This document shows positions 34,750 to 46,360 of a stretch of DNA of 64,000 nt, piece by piece; position 1 is the stretch's first letter, and each line of letters starts with the position of its first letter. This DNA comes from Zootoca vivipara. Taxonomy: Eukaryota. Made by a program: the position numbers and the translations under genes. The stretch is taken from positions 49,352,001 to 49,416,000 of the forward strand of contig NC_083288.1 of NCBI RefSeq assembly GCF_963506605.1, read 5' to 3'. A model generated the notes under the pieces. That model ran no database searches, had not been told where the DNA came from, and was given only the letters and a program-made list of their open reading frames with translations.

Positions 34750-36771
34750 CTAATTCCACCCAGGATTCCTTGGGTAGTAGCTCTTGCAGATGATATCCTT
34801 CAGAGCACCTTCTAGGCTCTTCCTATTCTCAGCCGAGAACAGCTGTCTGCTGCCACCTCTCCGTATGTGCACGCCAAGCACATGCCTTTCATTACAGACC
34901 CACCGGAGTTGAATGGATCTGTTGAGGTGCCAAGTGGCATTGGCAGCCTGGCGCCAGGGGCTGACGCCTCCGCCGGGCCTGAAATGGCCTCGTGAGGACC
35001 TGTTGAGATAGCTGGCCAGGTCTCTGCCAGAGGGATAGGTGGGCAAGTTCAGCTCCTCCGCAACAGCGTTGGAAAGGGCACCTTGCGCAACTGATCTCAT
35101 GGTGGCGTCTGGGCTGGTCAGCAGAAGGAAGATGTGGGTGATCGCGGCAACATCAGCCACATGCCCCATTTCCAGGACCCCATGTCCTCCATACTGCCGG
35201 GGGGCGCGGAGGGTGTCCCGAGCCACCCCGAGCCACCCGTTTGCCATGTTGACAATGACGGCGTCAGCTTCCTTGAGGCATTTCCTCGCGACCGGCGGCC
35301 CTCTCAGGACGGACGAGATTTTGGGCAGCAGGACGGTCTTGAGAGCGTCCATCTTTTGCCCGGGGGCCAAGAGTGAACTGTCAATCTTCCTCACTTCTTC
35401 AATCCACTCTCTAAAGAAGGCCTTGGAGGACGGCTGTTCGGGGAAGCTCAGGAGAACCCCCAGGTACTTGAACGTTTCCCCTCTCCTAAGGCGGGTCATC
35501 GCTTCTCCCTGGATGGCGAACTCGGTTGGCAGGACCTGGCATTGCCGGAGGTGGAGAGACACACACTTGGTGGCGTTGAAGCGCAAGCCCACCCAGCGGG
35601 TGGCCTCAGTGGCAGCGTCCAACGCGTCCTGCAGCTCTTTCCCGCTACGGGCCACGAGCACCAGGTCGTCGACGTAAGCCAGGACGTCGATCTTCCGGCC
35701 GTGCAGAAAAAATCCACCGGATCGAGAGGCGATGTGTCGTACAACCGGCTCCATCGCCAGCTTGAACATGATGTGGCTCAGAGGGCACCCTTGCTTCAGC
35801 CCCTTCCGGATTGGGATTTCCGGGCAATCCAGCTTGGACAGAGTCATGGTGCACCCATTATAAAGATCGCGGACCATGCTCAGGAGCCCTTCGGACATGC
35901 CGAGCTCCGACAGTACGTGGAACATGTACTGGTGAGGGATGGAGCTGAAGGCGCTGGACAGGTCCAGCTTGGCGAGGGCAAACTCCTGGCCCGAACGCCG
36001 GGACTCGTCCAATGCAGCCTGCAAGATGAAGACGCTTCCCATGCCGTAATTCTGCTGCGGGCTGATGGCGCTTCCCTCGATAACCCAGTTGGTGATGCGG
36101 CGGTTGAGACACCGGGCATACATCTTGTAAAGGGTGTTGCACAGGGCAATGGGCCTCCAGCTCTTCAGCTCCTTGGCGTCGCCGCCTTTGAAAACGAGGA
36201 TGGTCTCCACTCTCCTCCACTCGGAGGGAATGCAACGCAGCCGCTTGCATCGGTTGAAAACAGCGGTGAGCACCAGGCAACCGGGGTCTTGCTGATTCAG
36301 AAAGGCGGGCGTCAACTTATCCTTCCCCGCGTTCTTCTTCTTGACGTACCGGAGCATCTCCTTGACCTCTCTCGGGGCGAAGTCTTTCTCGAGGGCGGCG
36401 GATTTGCTCATGGCAGGAAGGCGAGGCCAGCCACGCGGACGCGGGAAATGACCCCAGCCCTCGCTACCGAACACTTCGGAGAAGTGTTTGTGGAGCACCT
36501 TTGCGGGGATCTCGCAAGGAGGAGCGGCCGGCTCGAGGATGTTTCTCAGAGCTTCGCCCTTGTTGACGTCGTACAAGAACTGGATGTTGCTCGCAGCCGC
36601 GGCGTCCTGGTGCTGCGGGGGTCTTCTCCGTCTGCCCTGGGCTGCCCTCCTGCCTTTTGCAGAGAGGTCCTTTGTGAGCTCCTGGACGGCCTCCTCAAAA
36701 TTGGGGGCCCGATGGAGCTCAGAGAGCCATTTCTCTTGCCACTGGGTGGCGGGCGTCGGGAGTGGTGCCAT
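34750..36771 (-). CDS. Utopia/NeSL/R2-type non-LTR reverse transcriptase ORF lacking zinc fingers and RLE endonuclease; candidate domesticated RT gene
   Basis: 673-aa uninterrupted ORF with WRPIAL, KLDLSSAFSSIPH, GLKQGCPLS, AYVDDL, FNATKC and YLGV motifs plus Utopia-like SLLAPGQK and LLTSPD; no CCHC knuckle or PD-(D/E)xK motif. Confidence 0.85.
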   Translation of the reverse strand: MAPLPTPATQWQEKWLSELHRAPNFEEAVQELTKDLSAKGRRAAQGRRRRPPQHQDAAAASNIQFLYDVNKGEALRNILEPAAPPCEIPAKVLHKHFSEVFGSEGWGHFPRPRGWPRLPAMSKSAALEKDFAPREVKEMLRYVKKKNAGKDKLTPAFLNQQDPGCLVLTAVFNRCKRLRCIPSEWRRVETILVFKGGDAKELKSWRPIALCNTLYKMYARCLNRRITNWVIEGSAISPQQNYGMGSVFILQAALDESRRSGQEFALAKLDLSSAFSSIPHQYMFHVLSELGMSEGLLSMVRDLYNGCTMTLSKLDCPEIPIRKGLKQGCPLSHIMFKLAMEPVVRHIASRSGGFFLHGRKIDVLAYVDDLVLVARSGKELQDALDAATEATRWVGLRFNATKCVSLHLRQCQVLPTEFAIQGEAMTRLRRGETFKYLGVLLSFPEQPSSKAFFREWIEEVRKIDSSLLAPGQKMDALKTVLLPKISSVLRGPPVARKCLKEADAVIVNMANGWLGVARDTLRAPRQYGGHGVLEMGHVADVAAITHIFLLLTSPDATMRSVAQGALSNAVAEELNLPTYPSGRDLASYLNRSSRGHFRPGGGVSPWRQAANATWHLNRSIQLRWVCNERHVLGVHIRRGGSRQLFSAENRKSLEGALKDIICKSYYPRNPGWN

Positions 36772-36810
36772 CTCCAGCTGAGATCTCTTGCCACAAAGTT
36801 GGTGTCAATG

Positions 36811-36814
<4 letters not shown>

Positions 36815-36868
<54 letters not shown>
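36815..36868. repeat. (CT)n microsatellite; others (GT)n 5487-5534 and 37930-37972, (AAT)n 12719-12786, (ATT)n 31803-31848
   Basis: Direct inspection. Confidence 0.95.
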
Positions 36869-36870
<2 letters not shown>

Positions 36871-37445
36871 CTTCTTGGTCCTGGGCTTCCTTGAAGGCGA
36901 TGTTGGCAGGTCTTCAAGTCAGTCCGATGTGGGGTGAGGAGGATGGCTTCCGGGTCGGCGCTTTCTGCCCGAGGCGACCTCCTGAAATGAGTCCTGCAGT
37001 GATGCCTGGCCTCCTGGTCTCTCTCTTTCTTGTGAGGGTCTCAGCAGAAGGATCTTCAGTAGTGGAAATCCCCCCACGCAGCCCTCTCTCTGTGCCTCTT
37101 GAGGACCTGTTGAGATCTGTGCCTTGGCGGAAGTGGAGGCTGTTGACAACGGCTGCCCCGTCTGTGGCCCTGCCCCCTCGGTTTCTGAGGAAGTGGGTTT
37201 TCTTCTCTCTTCCACGAATCCTCGTCTCCTACGGAAGATCAGAAAAGCGGGCAGGCCATTAAACCTTTTCACCAAAGCAGCTGGGAGTTCCACAGAGCCC
37301 TCTCTCAAAATCATAACGAGAATTAAGCAAAAGAAAGAAAGAATGAAAAAAAGTTCAGCTGAACACAGTTGCGGCCGAGACCAGCCTCCGGGGGATTAAT
37401 TCCAGAGGGTGGGCACACCATGCTGAGTGCATTTATTGGCTAGGA

Positions 37446-37643
37446 CAGTGTTTTTCAACCACTGTTCCGCGGCACACTAGTGTGCCGCGAGATGTTGCCT
37501 GGTGTGCCGTGGGAGAATTACTTTATATATAGTCAATATAGGCACAGAGTTAATTTTTTTAACATTTTCTAATGGTGGTGTGCCTCGTGATTTTTTTCAT
37601 GAAACAAGTGTGCCTTTGCCCAAAAAAAGGTTGAAAAACACTG
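37446..37643. mobile_element. hAT MITE
   Basis: TIR cagtgtttttcaacc; perfect TSD ggctagga. Confidence 0.9.
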
Positions 37644-37928
37644 GGCTAGGAGACAGAGGGATTTGAATGACTGGTATTAATAATTGCATTATAAACTGGT
37701 ATTGTTATCATGCGGCTGTTATTGGATTTTAATGGAAAACTAATAAAAATTATTACCCCCCCCCAAAAAAAGGAGACAGAGAGATGAACCTTCGCGATGG
37801 GAGGATGTTCCAAAGAATGGGAGAGGCGGAACCCCGCTGGGTGGAAAGGTAGCGAGGAGCAGTGGTTAGAGCACTGGTTTCCCAAATTGGATGGGGGTTT
37901 CCTAGGGGGTGCTAAGAGGCAAGTGGGT

Positions 37929-37974
<46 letters not shown>

Positions 37975-38651
37975 AGAGGTGCACTTGTTTTTAGACATTG
38001 GAAAGCTGTTCTTTTTTTTAAATCAAGTTCACCAGTTTGTCGAATTGGTTCAACTTAATAGTTTCAACTGAATTTTGAATAAAATGTGCAGTCAGTTGTT
38101 ACTAAATATTTTTTTAATTTTACTGTGCTATTATCTTCCTTAGTGGGTTGTGCAAACCGCCATTCTGAATCGTGCTTCTATGGGTCAGGGTCGGGGGGGG
38201 GGGTTGAGTTTATTGAGCTGGTAAAAGGGGTGGGGTGGGGGCTGAAAAGGTTTGGAAACGGCTGGCTTAAGCGTGGGAGGGGGGGCAATACTCCCTTGCC
38301 TGAAATTGAAAGTGGAATTTTACAGCTGCAATCATAAGAGTTGAGAACAAAAAGAGCGACCTCTCCACTTCTGCCCCCGTCCCCGTCCCCAGTTGATAAG
38401 TGTGGGTGGGGAGCAGGGGAGAAAAGTATATCCATTGGAACCAGGACTTGCCGTTTTTGTGTGGGAAAGGTTTCTATGCCCTGAGGCAGCCTCCCCCAAC
38501 ATCCTGCCCTCCCCAAATGTTTCTGACTGCAGCCCAGGTCCAAAAATGCCTGGAGGGCACCAGGTTGGGGGAGGCTCCATCTCTAAGGTCATAAATCTAT
38601 TTAATTGCATTTCTAGGCCACCTTTTCTGCCAAGGAGATCAAAGCTCTTGA

Positions 38652-38780
38652 GGAATAGCTCAGTTGGTACAGCATGACGTTCTTTAATCTCAGGGTCATT
38701 GGTTCGAGCCCCACATTGGGCAAAAGATTCCTGCATTGCGGGGGGTTGGACTAGATGACCCTCGGGGTCCCTAGGATTCA
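38652..38780 (+). mobile_element. SINE with tRNA-Lys-like head and CR1-derived tail
   Basis: tagctcagttggtacagcatga...taatctcagggtc..ggttcgagccccacattgggc joined to ttcctgcattgc..ggttggactagatgacc. Confidence 0.7.
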
Positions 38781-41700
38781 ATCTTCAAGGTGGTATACAT
38801 ACTTCTCCCTTCTCTCCATTCCTGTGAGGTACGTTAGGCTGACAGCCTCTGAGGTCACCCTGTGGGGTCTTCCTGGCTTTTTGGTATGTTTTAATGTATA
38901 TTAATAGTGAATTATTATTATTAGGCTCTAACTTAAAATGATTTTTATTCACAACAAACTTAATAATGCAAACACGTTGGCATTTAGCAATAACAAAAGT
39001 TCCTTTAGGGGAAAAAAAACAATTAACAAAGACTCATAATCTAGTCTCTAGAAACTTGCTATAACATGGAATAATAAGAGCAAAGCAGTGATGTTTTAGG
39101 GAGCAGGCTAGCAGGCGGGGACCATTACTTACATCCTAGGAGGCTGCACAACACAAAACACTGTTGCTGTACAGTATGTCAGTTTTATTTTATTTGTTTT
39201 TTATCTTCTATTTTGGAAATGTACATCCAGGTGTTGTTTTTTTCCCTTTAATTTTTTTTGGGGCCCCCAAGAGAGCGGGGCCCTGAGCTATAGCTTGTTT
39301 AGCTTATACGTAAGTCCGGCACTGGGTAAAACTCAGGGAGAAGCAGATGGGAGGCAATAACCGAGAGGCATTTTTATGGCGGGATGCTATGGATTTTGAA
39401 GACACAGAGATGCTGGGGGGAGGCGGGGCATGATAACTGAGGAGGAAGACAGCATCCCCTCCCCAAGAAAGAAGGACCTGGCTGGGCAGAAAAATGACAA
39501 CAGGGGGGGAAGAAGCTTTCTGCCAGCAGCTTGGATTGAGAAAGAGTTTTAATACCTTTCCTTGTTTGGGGGTTCGCTGGGCTGGAGATGTTGGGCCCTT
39601 TTCAGCAACGAAGAGTCCAAGCTACAGGGGGAAATCAACATGCAAGTCCCTGGGCAAAGAAGGGAGTTTCTTGGGCATCCAAAGTAAGATAAGCTAAGGC
39701 AGAGCTTGAAAATTCACTGCAAAAGAACAAAGAACTAGTTCCCTTTGGATCAGTTCCTTCTGATTTCTCCTGGGAGGGGAGTCACCAAGATTTACTATCA
39801 AGTTCCACCATCCCACTTGATGGCCAACGGAAGAGATAGAGCAGGCGTGTCCAACAGGTAGATCGTGATCTCCTGGTAGATCACCAGGCGTTCCTGGTAG
39901 ATCCTGGTTGATCTCTGGCCCCCCAGCCATTTCCTTAGAAAAAAAGCAAAAAACCCACAACTTTGCCTTTCTCCAAAAAGCTCTACAACTTTGGCTTCCT
40001 AAAAAAGCTCAACAACTTTTGCTTTCCAAAAAAGCTCAAAAACTCTGGGTAGATCATTGCTAGTGTTTTGTTTTGTTTTTACAACAATGGGTAGATCACT
40101 GCCAGTTTTTTAATACTGTGAGTAGATCGCAGTCTATTGGGAGTTACAGGTAGGTAGCCGTGTTGGTCTGAGTCGAAGCAAAATAAAAAAAATTCCTTCA
40201 GTAGCACCTTAAAGACCAACTAAGTTTTTATTTTGGTATGAGCTTTCGTGTGCATGCACACTTCGTCAGATACACCTCGTCTATTGGGAGTTGGACATCC
40301 CTGAGATAGAGGATCATCAACATATATCAGAATAAATAGGACCGTAGCTGCATCCGACCCTTCTGACCCCAAACAGTCATCTTTTTTTTGTCAGAGGACA
40401 GTATGGGAAGAGACCCAGGACAGGATACAGACACAAACCTTCGAGACCACCCAAGCATATTCAACCTCAGCAACTTTTACATTTTCTGACTTTAGATTTA
40501 AGGTCATGCAAAGGGAGCCTGGCTTTCCTTCCAGCTCCAAAACATCTCTCCTTTCGCACCATAGCGGGAGCCGAATGGCAAAATCAGGAAAAATTAGATT
40601 AAAAAAAACGAGGTTTACCTGAAAAGGCAGTTCTTGGATGAAAATCCGCTTTTAGTCCCTCTTCCAGCAACCCATCAATGAGGGGGCTTTCAGAATCAAG
40701 TCATCCAAGGAGAGGGAGGAACAGTACAATGGTAAGCCACGCCTGTTTGCCTTAACTTGAACCTCAGAGGGAAATTTGACCTTGCAGAAGCTGAAAAATA
40801 GGGAGGATGTTCTCACCAAGCCATCAGATAAAGGGGAACTGCTTAGTTTTCAGGGAGAGAAAGCGATGGCGTCAGGAAGCTTCTAGACAGCAAGGCAAGT
40901 TGCCTGTAGAGTTTTCCTTGTGAAAATATCCCCATGTGTACAATTTATAAAGACATAGCATGTTTAATGGGCGAAGCACTTGTCCAGGGGCATCTCTCAA
41001 AACCCAAATCTGAGGGTCTTTTTTTGGAAAAACTGACACGGAAGAGAGGATTCCATGATTTTAGTTACTTAGAATCATAGGATTGTAAACTTGGAAGGGA
41101 CCACTGAGGCTCATCTAGTCCACCGCCCTGCAATGCAAGAATCTCAGCTCAAGCCTCCATGACACATAGCCAGCACTAGCAATGTTCATTTAGGTTCAGC
41201 TAATATCTGATCAGAAAGTTGGCGGTTCGAATCCCTGCGACGTGGTGAGCTCCCGTTGCTTGGTCCCAGCTCCTGCCAACCCAGCAGTTCGAAAGCATGT
41301 CAAAGTGCAAGTAGATAAATAGGGACTGCTGCGGCGGGAAGGTAAACGGTGTTTTCGTGTGCTGCTCTGCTTTGCCAGAAGTGGCTTTGTCATGCTGGCC
41401 ACATGACCTGGAAGCTATACGCCGGCTCCCTCGGCCAATAATGCGAGATGAGTGCGCAACCCCAGAGTCGGTCACGACTGGACCTAATGGTCAGGGGTCC
41501 CTTTACCTTTACCTAATATCTAGCTCAGTACTTTGGTCGATGCACGGGCTTTAAAAGCCAACATTCTTTGCGGTGATGGAGGATATTGTAACCAAAATGA
41601 AAGCATTACACACACCAGGCTTCAATTGTGCTTTAACAGAACTAGCACTAAAGAAATTAGCAAGCTCAGTTTCAGGGGAGATTGTTATGGCAATCTCTTG

Positions 41701-42060
41701 GGAATTGGACGTCCCTGACTTAGACTATCTTTATATGGTTAAATTTGAATGAACATTCCTATTGAATGGAAAAGAAACTCCATGGAGTGGTTTATCACTA
41801 TAGAATAAATGTCTGGCTGATCTATTCATTATATGTCTTGGGACTGAGGACAGACTCCAAGAATGAGGCAGATTTGTTAACAATGTACATCCCAGTATTA
41901 AATGTGTTACGATGGATCACAAACCAAAGGTTCATGTTCTGTGTATAGTTGTTGTTGTTTTTTAAGGAATCTGAAGGCTGCTCCCTACAGAAAACTTACT
42001 GGTGTGTTGTTGTTTTGGTACAATATGACACGTCATCATGCTGGGTATTTAAGAAGAAAC

Positions 42061-43342
42061 TGTTATGAGAATTTTAAGATCATAAAGGTAAAGGGGCCCC
42101 TGACCATCAGGTCCAGTCGTGTCCGACTCTGGGGTTGTGGCGCTCATCTCGCTCTATAGGCCGAGGGAGCCGGCGTTTGTCCGCAGACAGCTTCCGGGTC
42201 ATGTGGCCAGCATGACAAAGCCGCTTCTGTCGAACCAGAGCAGCGCACGGAAATGCCGTTTACCTTCCCGCCGGAGCGGTCCCTATTTATCTACTTGCAC
42301 TTTGATGTGCCTTCGAACCGCTAGGTGGGCAGGAGCTGGGACCGAGCAACGGGAGCTCACCCCATTGCAGGGATCCGAACCGCCGACCTTCTGATCAGCA
42401 AGCCCTAGACTCTGTGGTTTAACCCACAGCGCCACCTGGGTCATATATATATATGATAAATGTTCATAACTGTATATATAAACCACATATCTGAAATAGT
42501 ACAAGAGAGCAATCCCGAAGCCATTTTGACTCTCCCAAATTGACCTCAAATATTTCTCTGCAATATTACACCTCCCTGTAAATACAGTCTGGCAGGTATC
42601 TGTTAAGCTGAGCAAACTACCGGTATCAAGATGTGTAAAAGATTCAGGAACTAAAAGTATTTACCATCTCAAAGGAATGACCAGGCTACCCAGGAAATGC
42701 AATCAGATAAGGCATTATCAGGTATCCTGGCAGACAGGAGAGAAGCAACACACTCAAATTTCTGCTGGGGGGTGGTCTTGGCCTACACCCCTTCTGTGAT
42801 GTATGTATGACAGTTCTGGGAGTGGTCTTGGACTCCAGGGGTGGGCAACTTAAAATTTCTATATACTCGGTAAGAGCTTGCACACCTTTGTTCTGCGTCT
42901 CTTCCCCCCTTCCTGTGTGTGTGGGGAACACCCTGTTGCAACAGCTTTTAATAAAGATCAGGCTTAACTAGCCGCCTTGCTTTTCACTTGAATTCTGCTC
43001 TGGTCTCTGTCATTTTTCTAGCCGGTTGTTGTTTAGTCATTTAGTCGTGTCCGACTCTTCATGACCCCATGGACCAGAGCACGCCAGGCACTACTGTCTT
43101 GCACTGCCTCCCGCAGTTTGGTCAGACTCATGTTGGTAGCTTCGCGAACACTGTCCAACCATCTTGTCCTCTGTCGTCCCCTTCTCCTTGTGCCCTAAAT
43201 CTTTCCCAACATCAGGGTCTTTTGCGGGGAGTCTTCTCTTCTGATGAGGTGGCCAAAGTATTGGAGCCTCAGCTTCAGGATCTGTCCTTCCAGTGACAGT
43301 GACTAGCCGGTAAGGGAAGGACCGCTTTTAACTCCTATAACA
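42061..43342 (+). mobile_element. solo LTR with nested Sauria SINE and BovB fragment
   Basis: TGTTAT...ATAACA ends with perfect TSD aaac; BovB at 43027-43302 with TSD ctagccggt. Confidence 0.85.
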
Positions 43343-43685
43343 AAACCATGCATGCATCCAAACACTCAGAAATGGTGTAACAATCTGTGTCACTAACCCA
43401 CAAGCGTGTGCAAGCACTCATGTGCATTCATACACACGCCACCGAGAAGTCTTCGATATTTTACTGGAGTTAAAGACATGTGCTTTTTATGAATATGTGT
43501 TTACCCTTAACCTTATGCCCACAAGAAGTTCTCACACCAAAAGAATAAAGAAAGCTGGGCTTATTGTATGAAAAAAAAAGTGGCAGAAAAAAAATCACAG
43601 AAGCAAAATTCCATTATCAGGCAGCAAAATCACACAATGCAAGCAGGCAACAACCCACACAATACGTACGCATCTTGATCTAAGG

Positions 43686-44096
43686 CATGGGTAGGCAAAT
43701 TAAGGCCCGGGGGCTGGATCCGGCCCAATCGACTTCTCAATCCGGCCTGCAGACGGTCCAGGAATTAGCATGTTTTTACATGAGTAGTTACGGGTAGGTA
43801 GCCGTGTTGGTCTGGGTCGAAGCAAAATAAAAAAATTCCTTCAGTAGCACCTTCAGTAGAAGTGTGCATGCACACGAAAGCTCATACCAAAATATAAACT
43901 TAGTTGGGCTTTAAGGTGCTACTGAAGGATTTTTTTTACATGAGTAGAATGTGTCCTTTTATTTAAAATGCATTATTTGTGGGGCATATTTAAAATGCAT
44001 TATTTGTGGGGCATTCCTTCAAAATATAGTCCGGCCCCCCACAAGGTCTGAGGGACAGTGGACCGGCCCCCTGCTGAAAAAGTTTGCTGACTCCTG
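43686..44096. mobile_element. hAT non-autonomous element with Penelope insert; sibling at about 58776-59012
   Basis: TSD atctaagg; shared ggcccg... body. Confidence 0.75.
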
Positions 44097-45571
44097 ATCT
44101 AAGGAGTAACAGAAATACCTGACCATTTTCAAACAGGGAGCTTGGCAATTTTGACACAAAAACCCACACTAAACAGCAAGGCAGAAATGGAAAGGGAAGA
44201 ATATACCTGTCCTTGAGAGAGCTGGAGAAGTTCTATTGAGGCATCTGCGGCTGGGAATCTGGGTTTTTCAAATAAATGTTTAGCTAATGCCTCCTAATAG
44301 GGAAAGGAGGGACTTTGAAAGGAGCAAATCTCAGGAGCATTTCTCACATTGCCCATCCTAGTGAGGAAATGACTAAAAACTGACCATCCTGTTTCCTTAA
44401 CAAAAGGATCATTGACACCGATGGCGAGCCATTAACTGAACCTGGTCATATTTTTGTTTGTAAAAAGGTAAAGGGACCCGTGACCATTAGGTCCAGTTGT
44501 GACCGACTCTAGGGTTGCGGCGCTCGTCTCGCACCAGAGCAGCACACAGAAATGCCGCTTACCTTCCTGCCAGAGCGGTACCTATTTATCTACTTTCACT
44601 CTGAGGTGCTTTCAAACTACTAGGTTCGCAGGAGCAGGGACCAAGCAATGGGAGCTCACCCCGTCGCTGACCTTCTGATCGAATAGCCCCAAGGCTCTGT
44701 GGTTTAACCCTGGTTACAGGTAGGTAGCCGTGTTGGTCTGGATCGAAGTAAAATAAAAAAATTCCTTCAGTAGCACCTTAAAGACCAACTAAGTTTTTAT
44801 TTTGGTATGAGCTTTCGTGTGCATGCAGAAGTGTATCTGAAGAAGTGTGCATGCACACGAAAGCTCATACCAAAATAAAAACTTAGTTGGTCTTTAAGGT
44901 GCTACTGAAGGAATTTTTTTATTTTACTGGTTTAACCCTATTTATCTACTTGCACTTTGATGTGCTTTTGAACTGCCAGGTGGGCAGGAGCTGGGACCGA
45001 GCAACGGGAGCTCACCCCGTTGCAGGGATTCGAACCGCCGACCTTCTGATCGGCAAGCCCTGGGCTCTGTGGTTAAACCCACAGCGCCACCCACGTCCCT
45101 TTGTTTGTACTCTGCCTTAAATTGTCCCACGGAGGATAATATTGCTAGCCTCATCTGCAAATGTGTCCTGAAGGCATCAGGGAAGACATCCTGAGATGCT
45201 CACACCTTGTAAAGGGCAACAATCCTGTTTCCTTGAGCATCTCAGGTTGTCTTCCCCCAATGCCTTCAGGACATGTTTTGAGATAAGGCTGGTATCAGGC
45301 TTGTACACCAAGGTCGAGCCAGGTTCATGGCGGAAAATCTCATGTCATATTCATGTCCGTCTTTATATTTGTGTTCTACAGAGATAAGTCATAGAAATAA
45401 AATAAAATAAATTCCTTCCAGTGGCACCTTAGAGACCAACTAAGTTTTGTCATTGGTACGGGCTTTCGTGTGCATGCACACTTTTCTCCTGCTCACAATG
45501 GAAGCTGAATGAAATATTTTTACATCCAATTTAGGGACCAATGTCAGGAAAGAGGGTGTCCTAGAAAGAAG

Positions 45572-46360
45572 ATCCCTCCTCTTCAGGGAGGGGGGAATTT
45601 GCGGGCGGAACCCGCTCTACGCATCGAGCAGGGGGGCGTGTTCGGCCCCCTGCTCAGCCTATCCTGCTGCTGCGCCCAGAGTCCTGGCTGGCCAATAGGG
45701 CCAGGTTGTGGGCGGGGTTTACCTGCTTCAAATAAGCGCGGCAGCCTCCAGATTGCCCCTTTTCGTTGCTGCTCCTCATCGGATCTCCCGCCCACCCTCC
45801 CTTTAGGTTTTTTCTTAGAGTGTTCACCTTGACCTTGCTATGGACTTTGGTTGGTCGCCTTTGGTTGCCTAAGGGGCCTGGTAGGAATTTTTTATCCAAT
45901 TGGCACCGGCCTCTTGGTTTTTTCGCCTACCTCATAGCAATTCGTCACAACTTCTTTTGGTATTGGGCGGTAGGCATTGGAATATGGAGTTGTCTGGTGT
46001 GTTCGAGGACTGGTTGTGGCCATCATCCAACCCTCCTCTTATAGGGGTATCCCCTTAAGGGATCCGGCGGTCGTGGATCCCGTCCGATGCCCTGCTGGTG
46101 GCTAGGGCCATGGCACGACCCCGGTGGCACAAGGGTGAGCTTTCAGTTGTATTTGCATCAACAGGCTCCTTCCTTGGGGTGTTAACCCGATATGACCCCC
46201 CCCCCTGAGCGGGGTGGAGTCACGCTTGCTAGAGAGTCCAATGCCTAAGCCAGTACCTCTCACTTGCTCTAACCAATAAAGTTGTGGCCTTATTCTACCC
46301 ATTAACTCAAATACCATGTGTCACTGTGTCTTTATTTCTCGCGGGGGGCGGGTCCTCGAG
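45572..46360 (+). mobile_element. GC-rich terminal-repeat element, DIRS/Ngaro-like; partial inverted copy at 52165-52382
   Basis: Shared gggaatttgcgggcgg..cccgctctacgca..gagcaggggg head; CCAAT, TATA-like and AATAAAGTTGTGGCC motifs; no ORF. Confidence 0.55.

Noticed and set aside
35542-36894. 450-aa plus-strand ORF (and the 212-aa ORF at 35039)
   Set aside because: Antisense shadow of the GC3-rich RT ORF; no recognisable motifs.
34500-37400. Active full-length Utopia/R2 element inserted in a U2 snRNA or rDNA target
   Set aside because: No zinc fingers, endonuclease, U2 or 28S sequence visible at the flanks.
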